Positions 13,201 through 22,157 of a stretch of DNA of 23,975 nt are shown here, in pieces (position 1 is the stretch's first letter; each line of letters opens with the position of its first letter). The DNA comes from Macrostomum lignano (lineage: Eukaryota). The stretch covers positions 1-23,975 of the forward strand of contig NIVC01005166.1 in the NCBI GenBank assembly GCA_002269645.1. The letters are read 5' to 3'. Below the pieces are notes generated by a model, which saw only the letters and a list, made by a program, of their open reading frames with translations, did no database searches and was not told the origin of the DNA. Position numbers and translations under genes: made by a program.

Positions 13201-16200
13201 GTCCCTCCTGTCTCTTGGTAGGCGCTCGTGTCTCTTGGTAGGCGCTCGTGTCTCTTGGTAGGAGCTCGTGTCTCTTGGTAGGCGCTCCTGTCTCTTGGTA
13301 GGCACTCCTGTCTCTTGGTAGGCACTCCTGTCTCTTGGTGGTCGCTCCTGTTTCTTGGTAGGTGCTCATGTCTCTTGGTAGGCACTCCTGTCTCTTGGTG
13401 GTCGCTCCTGTCTTTTGGTAGACGCTCCTGTTTCTTGGTAGGTGCTCATGTCTCTTGGTAGGCGCTCCTGTCTCTTGATGGTCCCTCCTGTCTCTTGGTG
13501 GGCGCTCCTGTCTCTTGGTAGGTGCTCATGTCTCTTGGTAGGCGCTCCTGTCTCTTGATGGTCCCTCCTGTCTCTTGGTAGGCGCTCGTGTCTCTTGGTA
13601 GGAGCTCGTGTCTCTTGGTAGGCGCTCCTGTCTCTTGGTAGGCGCTCCTGTCGTTCGTTGTTATCTCCTAGACATAAAAATGGAGCCAAAAAGTTGCTAT
13701 CAGATGTGCTCCTGTCATTCGTCGAGTCTAGCTTGGTTACCAGTTTCATTTAGTTTTTGAGGGTAGCGCAATTTTCGCGGGGGCGATTGGTGACCTCCTG
13801 ACCGAGCCCCCCATCTGCTTACGTATTGATAATCCTGTGTATAAGCTGCTTTTCTCAGTCGCAATCAGAAGTAATAACTGCCGCTACTTCAGACGATCAC
13901 AACCGGGTCATACTTCGGTCAACTTCAACTAATAAGAAAAATGCCGACTACATTAACGCCAGCTATATTAGTGTAAGTAAAGTTTATTTATTTTGCTCAA
14001 GTATACTGATAGCACATACGCTAACACCTATTACCATCATTTTAAACTTTGAGCAGGGATTTAAAAAGAGCGAGCCTACATCGCCTGTCAGAGCCCTCTG
14101 CAGTCAACTTTTGATGACTTCTGGCTAATGGTTTGGGAGAATCGAGTGAGCAGCATTGTGATGCTGTGCAACCTGGTTGAGGCCGGTCGGGTGAGTTATT
14201 ATTAGTTCATTGACAAGATTAAATCTTGTCAAGATTAACTCTCTTTTCAAGATTAAATCTTAAGGGCAGAGTTTCTTCTTTGAGATCCTGTTCTCAAAAC
14301 CTAATTATAATGGAGAGATGGGATCGAACAACAAATATGAACAGCTAGTTTAAAAGAAGATTGCAGTTACTGCGCTCGTATGGTCATCGCTGGATAAAAT
14401 CTTTTTGTGCTTTGCATGACTCCATAGGATCTGAAGATGTTTTGCATAGCCGAAGCAATATTGTTTCGTCAGGGTCTTTTTGTGCTATGGCATAACATAT
14501 TAATGCTAACCTGTCAACTAATTCACCGTTTTACAAATTGCTTTAAATCCAACGAAACAGCGCAAATGCGATCAATACTGGCCTAGTGGCGGCAGCAGCC
14601 AGGTCTACGGTCCGGTGACTGTTGAGCTAATTGGACAAGCAGTCAGGTGGGATCACAAGGTGCGCCTGTTCGAGCTGCACTGGACAGGCAGCGGCAGCGA
14701 CAGCTCGCTCAGTCGCCGCCGAGTGAGGCAGTTCCAGTACTGCCGATGGCCCGACTGCGGCGTCCCGGCGTCGCCGCTGGCGCTGCTGAACTTCGTCCAA
14801 CTGGCTGGGGGCATCGACGAAGACAGAATGAACTCAACAGCCAGCTGCACTGGTGGGCCAATCGTTGTGCACTGCAGGTGAAGCTTTTAACGATCTGTGT
14901 GTAGCACGAGGGGAAGATGGGTTTATCGTGCGATTGGCAGCCATGAGGGTCAACCCTGGTCAAGAGAGTGTTCATGCCTGACGATCAGAAAGTCAGGACT
15001 GCTGTACACCCTGTGTGAGCGAGTGTGTGAGTGCGTGTCTGCAGAATGGGCAAAACTGCCCCAGTGCAGGTTGTGGGGAAACTAAGTCGCCGAAGGAAGT
15101 TCGTCGGCGAATAATTCTGATATTCACAGCTGTTTTTGTTTTTCATTCTTAGTTTTCATCTCAAAAGACTAGGCGACTTTGAAAATGTAGAGTCAGTTTG
15201 GAGAAAAAGATTGATTAAAAGGATAAAAGTTTTGACGTCTGAGGAAAGTCTAGTTAAGCAATGATTACCTGAAGCTTTAGTGACTTACGGTCAAAATTGA
15301 GCGGATTAGCAACTCATGAAATCGAGGGTTGTTTACAGAGTTTACAGAGCGTGTAAACAACAAATATTTTTAAGTGAACGAGCTTAGCACGGAAAAAACT
15401 TTTTGCTGTTTTTTGATCCATTTACTTCAGTAGTTCTCACAGCTGAGTCTTGGATGCATTAAAACTAGTGAGGTGCTCTCAGTCAACGAAAATGGAATGC
15501 TTCTAAAGTATTTCGAATGAAATTTCACTAAGGATATTAGCAAAGTCAAAAAATAAGCGTACCAGCGCGGTACTTCTTATTTATGAAGCATTTCCTATTC
15601 GAAATTTTCAAGACAAATAGCGAATTATACGATTTACCAAAACATCCGGCAACCTCCCTTGCCCCCAGCGCTGGCACAGGTCGCACGGGTGTCTTCATCA
15701 CTGTCGACGCTCAGATGCGCAGAATGCTCGGCGATAGGTCCGTCGACGTGCGCAGCTTCCTGGCTCATGCCAGGCGGCAGCGAATGCGGCTGGTGCAGAC
15801 AGTGCAGCAGTACGCTTTGGTGCACGACGTTCTACTGGAGTTTCTGCTGTGCCCCGAACGGAGGATCTCACGGCATCGGCTGACGTCCTGGGTTCGATCG
15901 TTGGCCGACAGAGAGCCGTGCGGTTGCAGCCGATTGGAAACTCAGTTCCAGGTGAGTTCACGATTCCAGTAGAACTTACTGGACAATGCTATTCGCTGAA
16001 AATTGACTTCATAAGTCCACTTTCAATTTTGGAACTCGTGAGTTTAATTTTGTATTGGCAACGCACGGGCGTAGTTACCATATTCTATCAGTTTCTTGTT
16101 GCCTACTTATCCTTTATCTTTAGGCAGAAATTCACTGTGTATGAATCTCTAGTCTTACTGTAATTTTAGCACTCGCCGTGCCGAAGTTGGCTATGATTGG

Positions 16201-18969
16201 AAATGGCGTTCGGGTGCTATAAAGGAAATTGAATCCAAGTTCCGCGCACTCGAGCGAAAATTGACGAGGAGAGGAAGCTCGTCATTCCCGAAGAAGCCAT
16301 CGCCACATGACACCGTGTACAGTGTACGACAACAAACAAGCATTGAAGATTCACGTACCTTCACTTTCTTTGATAACCATTGCTCAATGAGTTTTCCGGA
16401 CAGGGCGACTCTCGCGTGACGGGCCTGCTTTCAAAGAGCCAAAGTGTATCGGTATCAGGTTTAACTTTTAGGAGCTACTCTGCAACAAATGGCTTTGGTT
16501 GAAAGCGTGGCTTGCGTCATTCGGAAAAATGGAAATAGCAATGGAATCAGAGTGCTCTATTTTTGTTCTCTTTAAAGGGACTCTGAGCAGTTCACATTCT
16601 TTGATTTTTTGTCTTGATTTTCACAATCAAATGCCGATGTCCTGAGAAGCTAAAATGATTTTTACGTCTATTTTTACCTGCCCATCTTTCTCACTTAGCT
16701 TTGCGTTGCTCACGAAGCCAGCCACGGTGACTTTGAGGCGGCACTAAAGCCGTGCAATGCACAGAAAAACCGGGCGGATCCGAACTCTGGGGACTCCCCG
16801 GCCTACTTGCCGGCCGAGGAGGGCAGAGTCAAACTGACGCCAGAGCCTGGGGTTGAGGGGTCCGACTACATCAACGCAACGATTTTGCAGGTGAGCTAAT
16901 ACAGAGCGACACTAAGGCCGGTTTCGTTGCCACTTGATTAATTCTTAATCCACTTGATCAACACAACTTTATCAGCTTTAGTTGACCAGGATTCTCACGC
17001 AGTCTCAAGACGAATCTCCAAGGCTAGCTATACCTAATTCCATTATGCATCTCATGACCAAACAAGCCTAACTTTAAACAAATAATCTTTGAATACAATG
17101 TGAATTCTGGCATTTATTTTAGGGTTATCATTCAGCCAGTGAGTTCATTGTAACTCAGCACCCGACAGTCAATACCACTGGAGATTTTCTTCGAATGGTC
17201 TGGGAGCAAAACTGTGCGACAATAGTGTGCCTCCAGCCGCCCGAGGATCCGCTACCTTGCTGTCCTTGGGCTGAACACAATTCTGAACACCTGCAGTTGC
17301 AGCTTCGGTAAGGGCTTCTGAATTGTTTGGGTGCATTCCAACCCACAGAATATACCGCGATGTACACCATGTTTTTTAGTGGATGTCTTGGATGTCAGCT
17401 GGTTATGGAGATGATGTCACCGAAGGGCCGATATAGCTTGAGATCACACTTAGGCTGAAGTCAATTTAGCAGCACAAATAAGCGCTTCGTTCTTTGATTA
17501 ACTTCGCAATTCTGTAGATTTACGGAATGCCCTATGCATTTTAGCTTTTTATGAAGCCATATGTTGGAGACGGACCAACGCGTTAATCTGATGTGCCAGC
17601 GGCCCAGGCTCGATTCCAAGTGCAGTCACATTAATTTGTGGCTAAATTGGAATTTCGGCTTGGCTCCTGCAATTGACACCCTCGAGGGCCAACAGTGAGG
17701 TGTGCATGCCTAGCTATAGCGATAAATACAGTCAGGGCCGCTGTAAACTCCTGTGTGAGTGTGTGCCTGTGCGTATGACTGCGTACGTATCCTTGCGCTT
17801 GGTGCCTGCTCAGGGGAGTCGGCGGAACGGGCAGCAATGCCTGTCGACAGTTGCGTGACAATGTCGTTTAAAGTGGAAAATTTTCACCCTCGCTTTCAAA
17901 GCCATCGAGAAGAGTTTTCGTTTGCTGTGCGTCAGGAACTCCAGCTATCAACGCCCCGAGACGACTGCAGTCTCGCCACGGCCGTCTGGACTCTGCGACG
18001 ATGGCCGCAGACGCTGGGCGAGTCGCGCGAACTCATGCAGCTGGTGACAGCCGTTGAAGGCGAGACTTCCTGCGCCTCGAACCCGGCCGGTGGTAAAAAT
18101 TCGCCAATTATTGTAGTTGACGGGTGAGTCTTATCGGTCAGCCTAGACTCAGTTTTTATATAAGCACCGTATTTGAGTACTGATATGCCAATAATTATTT
18201 CAGTTTTGGTGGCAGCTATGCCGGCATATTCTGCTGTCTTTGCACTCTTCATCACCAGCTGCTGCACGAGGACTGCGTCGATGCTTACTCGTTGTTTAAA
18301 ATCTACCACAGCTTGAGACCTGGAATCTTTTACTCACAGGTAGGCGTCTCGAAAACTCACATAATATTTGTTATTTGAGGTGCTACCAACTGACAAGATG
18401 TAACATCCTCTCATAAGTAAAATCTAGTTAAGTAATATCAAAGTAACGTCTCAATAGCATCTTTCTAACAATTACGGCGCATCTCCATTTCGGCTAGGTA
18501 ACTTTTACGTAAGTACGTATTATACGTATTACATATTAACTACAAGCTTTAAAGAGCACCTAGAGGTCTTAGTATCTCTGAAGGATTGATTTAACAACAT
18601 ACAGTACACGTATAAGTAAAAAAATCTAGCTAAATAACGTCACTTATCTCTCAAATTAAGGCCGATCTTCAGTTCATCTACGAGGTGATTGAGTACCACG
18701 CCAGACTATTGACGGCGGCCAGAACTTTGGCGAGGTCAACGGCTTTGTCAGCATCGTTGGCTACGTCGGGCCATTCGCGGCGGCAGCAGCAGCAGAGAAG
18801 GCGGTCGCCGGGTCGGCAGTGGTCTCTGACAAGGCTGAGACAAGCGCTGGGCTCGACTGCGTCCTCGGCGACGCTATCGGCTCCTCCTGGAGAGTCCAGC
18901 GCCGCGACGCCTCTGGTTGGCCTGGCGAGCGGCTCGACTGGAGCCGGCGGCTGCGGGGTTCTGCCTTGA
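6822..18969 (+). CDS. Receptor-type protein tyrosine phosphatase, R5 (Ptp99A/PTPRG)-like; 14 exons, about 1470 aa, 5'-partial
   Basis: All 13 introns are GT-AG with matching phases, apart from one 1-nt frameshift inside exon 7. Motifs read: Ig, FN3, TM, D1 ([41 protein letters not shown]) and D2 ([20 protein letters not shown]). Confidence 0.88.
7251..7383 (+). repeat. G-rich GTGGGAAATAGG-like degenerate repeat
   Basis: Many GGG runs just downstream of the exon 1 donor. Confidence 0.8.
7755..8110 (+). mobile_element. tRNA-derived SINE, family A, longest copy
   Basis: A-box-like AGCATAATAGTGG and B-box-like GGCTCGATTCC (7800-7810); 7781-8079 is closely similar to 17588-17875. Confidence 0.7.
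8709..8870 (+). mobile_element. SINE family A, diverged internal fragment
   Basis: Shares CAAGGCACAG, TGTGCATGCC, GGCCGC.GTAAACTC, TGTGAGTG and GGAACGGGCA blocks with the other copies. Confidence 0.55.
9046..9738 (+). CDS. RPTP exon 2: two FN3 domains
   Basis: [24 protein letters not shown]...[12 protein letters not shown] and [12 protein letters not shown]. Acceptor TTTATTCAG|, donor G|GTGAGG; phase 1-1. Confidence 0.88.
10191..10834 (+). CDS. RPTP exon 3: FN3 domain 3 and start of FN3 domain 4
   Basis: VSVSWS...GYQL...[16 protein letters not shown] and PSRPRDVRV...LLVSW. Acceptor TTCAATGCAG|, donor |GTAGGT; phase 1-0. Confidence 0.82.
11860..12373 (+). CDS. RPTP exon 4: end of FN3-4, stalk, transmembrane helix, juxtamembrane
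   Basis: ELIPWTT FN3-like motif; hydrophobic [28 protein letters not shown] followed by basic residues. Acceptor CAACTCAG|, donor G|GTTAGG. Confidence 0.8.
12617..12901 (+). CDS. RPTP exon 5: wedge region and D1 motif 1
   Basis: [23 protein letters not shown]...KNRHPDVYP. Acceptor CCTTTCAG|, donor T|GTAAGT. Confidence 0.87.
13049..13652. repeat. 20-bp minisatellite TGTCTCTTGGTAGGCGCTCC, about 30 units, intronic
   Basis: Exact 20-bp periodicity with recurring variant units. Confidence 0.97.
13893..13972 (+). CDS. RPTP exon 6: D1 YDHNRVIL...DYINASYIS
   Basis: T|AC forms Tyr across the intron. Acceptor CTTCAG|, donor |GTAAGT. Confidence 0.9.
14057..14190 (+). CDS. RPTP exon 7: D1, contains a 1-nt frameshift
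   Basis: GFKK, then in a shifted frame [40 protein letters not shown]. The exon is 134 nt where 135 is needed. Donor |GTGAGT. Confidence 0.82.
14561..14877 (+). CDS. RPTP exon 8: D1 KCDQYWP, WPD loop, PIVVHC
   Basis: Acceptor AAACAG|, donor AG|GTGAAG in phase 2 at the conserved HC-S intron position. Confidence 0.92.
14944..15095 (+). mobile_element. SINE family A, diverged internal fragment
   Basis: TGAGGGTCAACC...CATGCCTGACGAT...AGTCAGGACTGCTGTACACCCTGTGTGAG matches the 7870-7960 region. Confidence 0.55.
15669..15951 (+). CDS. RPTP exon 9: D1 P-loop end and Q-loop
   Basis: [14 protein letters not shown]...[21 protein letters not shown]. Acceptor CCCCCAG|, donor |GTGAGT. Confidence 0.92.
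16699..16890 (+). CDS. RPTP exon 10: D2 start
   Basis: NAQKNR...[22 protein letters not shown]. Acceptor CTCACTTAG|, donor |GTGAGC. Too short for the ORF track. Confidence 0.88.
17123..17307 (+). CDS. RPTP exon 11: D2
   Basis: [37 protein letters not shown]. Acceptor TTTTAG|, donor CG|GTAAGG. Confidence 0.88.
17588..17875 (+). mobile_element. SINE family A, 5'-truncated copy
   Basis: Near-identical blocks shared with 7781-8079, including the B-box-like GGCTCGATTCC (17607-17617). Confidence 0.75.
17902..18123 (+). CDS. RPTP exon 12: D2
   Basis: [10 protein letters not shown]...RRWP...PIIVVDG. The phase-compatible acceptor CTTTCAAAG| is inferred; donor GG|GTGAGT. Confidence 0.75.
18204..18339 (+). 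CDS. RPTP exon 13: D2
   Basis: [45 protein letters not shown]. Acceptor ATTTCAG|, donor |GTAGGC. Confidence 0.88.
18661..18969 (+). CDS. RPTP exon 14: D2 last helix and Ser/Ala-rich tail to the stop
   Basis: [12 protein letters not shown] follows LRPGIFYSQ as expected for the PTP C-terminal helix. Acceptor ATTAAG|; stop TGA. Confidence 0.8.
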   Translation, partial: ADLQFIYEVIEYHARLLTAARTLARSTALSASLATSGHSRRQQQQRRRSPGRQWSLTRLRQALGSTASSATLSAPPGESSAATPLVGLASGSTGAGGCGVLP

Positions 18970-19120
18970 TTGAGTCTGTGCTCAATCAGCCTGAATGATT
19001 TTTTCGAATACATAAGTTTTGTGCCTTGTAAAACCGCCGCGCACCAAACACAATTACGAGAAAAGTACAAAAGTTTTACGCAAAACAACAGAAAAATCTT
19101 CTCGCTACTGAGCATGATGA

Positions 19121-19126
19121 AATAAA
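19121..19126 (+). promoter_or_regulatory. Candidate polyadenylation signal of the RPTP gene
   Basis: AATAAA about 150 nt after the stop codon; the region is AT-rich, so it could be chance. Confidence 0.35.
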
Positions 19127-20111
19127 ATTAATTTAGTAACCATTAACTAAATTAACGATGGCTTGAGCAAAACCTGAGCAAGCTTGTAACGTTCTACTGT
19201 ATCCCCACGATTGACTCACAAATCATCGGATCAGCAAGATGTGATTTGTTAAAACTAATTGCACCGATCTTTGTTTCAATTGTTGCGAACTTATAATTTA
19301 TAGTTACCATCTACCAAATACCCACTGCTAAAAAATTCAACTAATGTAGCTCGTATTTTGCTCTTTTTGTTTTGCTTTTTTTCTTGTGAAATTGCTATAC
19401 ACACTGCGCTCTTGCTTAGCTGCTGTGCCATCTTGACTTGCTCTAGACAGAGTGGCATATTCCGGCCACTTCAATGCTATATTTAGAGTGCAAAGCTACC
19501 GAGATCTTCACTGATCACCTTTGTAAGCTCTGTGAGTTGAACTATTGTATATGACTTGTGGTATTCACTCCGCCATCGATAGACAGATGGCCTTTGGATC
19601 AAGTTGACAAAAATGTACAGTTCTAGAATTTCAATGATGAATTTGTCGGTTTTAAGCTGCTAGATACTAATAGTAGCCAAGTGGAATTCGAATTCATATG
19701 TTTAATTATCCAAAAGTTTGGTCTGCTCGATCGTATGTAATTGATTGTTGAAGGTGGTGTTCGATAAGTTCTGAATGCCATTCATGGCTCATTCGATTTC
19801 CCCTTGGCTTAGCTTTCAGTCCAGGTGGGAAGTACAGTACGAGTCTGATCTTTGCCGCTTTTTGCTCAACCTCAAGTTGCAGGTTGTGTGGCCGGGGGTG
19901 AAATGTTGTGAGGGGTCGACTGACAACTTCGGCCGCTGAATGAGTCAAGCATGCATGCGAAAGGGGTTTATAAATCCATCGTTGACAAACTTCTTTTGAT
20001 AATAATCGAAATACGAGACGAATATAACTGTTCCGGATTGGAGAGGCGATGAGGTAAGCAAGACCACACCCATAAATTTTATTAGAAACAGGTGCGCAAC
20101 TTGAAAACTTT

Positions 20112-20326
20112 GTAGCCTATAGAGGTTAGAGCGTCGGACTCACAACTGAAAGGTCGAGGGTTCGATTCTCGATCCACTCGGAACAATTTGTGTTCGGGAG
20201 CAAAACACAACTCTGCATTGCTTCAATTTACCCAGCTGTAAAATGGGTGCCAGCATTAGCAGCGGCAATTAACCACTTAAGCTCCGCCTGAAATCCAAAG
20301 CACGCTGAAAAAACCATGGATGAATG
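20112..20326 (+). mobile_element. tRNA-derived SINE with CORE-like central domain
   Basis: A box TAGCCTATAGAGG and B box GGTTCGATTCT (20159-20169), then ...ATTGCTTCAATTTACCCAGCTGTAAAATGGGTGCC, resembling the CORE domain end (CTGTAAAATGGG). TGAA-like tail. Confidence 0.7.
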
Positions 20327-20691
20327 AATAGAATGGATTGCTATTCTGGCTCTGGCTATTTTCGTTTTTGACTCTTTTGCATCCGGTTCCCCCCGTGCCT
20401 TTTCATTGGTTGATGATTGCCATAGACAATTTTCGGCCTTCGCCCCTTTCTTTCGATGCACAAGCGCTTTCGCTCGTGTTTTGAAATAAAGGGGGAAGAC
20501 CTACGAGCGCTCGATATTCTCTGCAAGTAACTGACATTCTCAGTTCTTTGCGCCTGTGCATCGAAAGAAAGGGGCGAAGGCCGAAAATTGTCTATGGCAA
20601 TCATCAACCAATGAAAAGGCACGGGGGGGAACCGGATGCAAAAGAGTCAAAAACGAAAATAGCCAGAGCCAGAATAGCAATCCATTCTATT
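20327..20691. repeat. Foldback / MITE-like inverted repeat with 141/142-bp arms and an 82-bp spacer
   Basis: 20327-20467 is the reverse complement of 20550-20691 except for one substitution and a C6/G7 run difference. Confidence 0.93.
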
Positions 20692-20766
20692 AGTGAAGGG
20701 GAGGCAAAGACAAGACAAACCAAGTGTGGCGATGGCGAGGCAGCGAAAAGCCAGAGGATGCAACCC
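20689..20766 (-). repeat. Split direct repeat B2 (element 3' terminus)
   Basis: 77 of 78 nt identical to 20993-21070. Confidence 0.9.
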
Positions 20767-20992
20767 TCAGACGATCGTATTTATTTCATGACTTGTTAAA
20801 ACGAATTAAACTGATTAAAAATTATAATTAGCGAGGAAAAAAAATTCAACCGCGAGCAACCCCGCGCAGCCACAAAGGTGGCGGCCTAAATAGGCACGCG
20901 CACGCACCAACGCACCCACCACCCCACCAGACAGCCAGCACCCAAACAGCACTAACAGCGGTTAGCCCTCGCGGGCTCGCGCAAACCGATGC
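20767..20992 (-). repeat. Putative A2 repeat between B1 and B2
   Basis: Position matches the A1...B1-A2-B2 layout and it contains a minus-strand AATAAA (20780-20785). The partner A1 is not in the window, so this is inferred. Confidence 0.55.
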
Positions 20993-21070
20993 ATTAGTGA
21001 AGGGGAGGCAAAGACAAGACAAACCGAGTGTGGCGATGGCGAGGCAGCGAAAAGCCAGAGGATGCAACCC
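20993..21070 (-). repeat. Split direct repeat B1
   Basis: Direct repeat of 20689-20766, about 110 nt after the YR stop. Confidence 0.9.
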
Positions 21071-21178
21071 CAAGGCCAAACAAACAAATGAATGAACGAA
21101 GGAGAGAATTTACGAAACGGCGGAAATAAGGCTGGGGATAAGAACGGAAATAAAACTTTAAACACAAGCAAAAGTTAC

Positions 21179-22157
21179 TCAAAGGCAACTCTCGTTAAAA
21201 GCACCAGCAAAACGCGAACCAGCCCGCACAGAATCAGCAGATGGAAGGTAGGCAGTCACAGCATCACTTCGCCAGTCACCGATGCACTTCACCTCCTGAA
21301 CAGATAGTCCGAGACGGTAGGCCCAGGTGGCACCACCTCTGCGCAGGCTGTGCGCTGAGAAAGAACGAGCGTCCTGCTCAGCAGTTGCTAGGCAGCGCTT
21401 GAGGAACCTGTCGAATCTTGAGGCAGACAGGACAACAGAGGATCCGCTCGCCAACTGGTAGGAGAACACAGGCTGCCTGCAGCCAAGCTTGCTGACACGG
21501 AGGTGACCCTCTAGCGCAGCCACTGGGCAAAGCGGATGTCCTTCTTTTAGCCTTGGAAGCAACACCCGGTGCAGCTTCGCGCCGAACTGATTCGTCTTGC
21601 CATAACTGACAGAGAGCACAACCCCTTCGGGTGGCGTTGAAAGGCTGAGACGGAAATCGGTGAAGCGGACTGCTGACTGGGCAGGAGACTGGAGCGCCGA
21701 AACATCCCCCACCAAGCAATAAGCGTCACAAGCCAGCAGACTCTGTCAAGCGAACTGCTCGAGTTAAGCCGGTTTTTCACAGACAGCAGCATCGCAGGCG
21801 AGATCGGCAGCTTCCGTCTTGGTCGCTGGCCCATCCTCCGTTTAGCGCCGCGAACGAGCAGTGAGACCAGGTGGTGTTTTGTTAGGTCCTCAGCACCACA
21901 GGCTTTGAACCAGCTGGACAGTGCACTGACATGGACACGCAGACTGTTGAACGATCTCAGGCGGCATTCGACCAGGTGAGCCAGGTAGTTGAGTAGCACC
22001 GACCGGTCGGATCGAGCCGGGTTGGTCCCGTTCTCGTTGCAGAAGCTGTGCCAGGACCGGACGGCCGATGAGATCGCCCTGCGTGACTGCGGTGCGTATG
22101 CTGCGGCGAGGAGGCTGGAGGCGGTGGCGCCGAGGGTCGGCGTTGCAGGGAGGCGGC
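21179..22157 (-). CDS. Tyrosine recombinase (YR), split by one 1-nt frameshift, no ATG at the N-terminus
   Basis: N-terminal core-binding-like region (AYAPQSR...W...LNYLAHL), then catalytic GMFRRSS (R), GKTNQ (K), AHSLRRGGAT (HxxR), GDWRS (W) and TAY (Y). The frame changes near the C run at 21622-21625. Confidence 0.88.

Noticed and set aside
13032-13749. Minus-strand ORFs with ERLPRD/YQETGA repeats
   Set aside because: By-products of the 20-bp minisatellite read in rotating frames.
18412-18650. Short degenerate direct repeat (ATAAGTAA...AATCTAG) at both ends of the last intron
   Set aside because: AT-rich, about 20 matching bases, no further structure.
20112-20185. Possible tRNA-Val(CAC) gene
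   Set aside because: The anticodon and acceptor stems do not pair, and the sequence continues into a SINE body; it is a SINE head.
20228-20799. Two ORFs on opposite strands encoding the same peptide (EPDAKESKTKIARARIAIHSI)
   Set aside because: A direct consequence of the inverted repeat arms.
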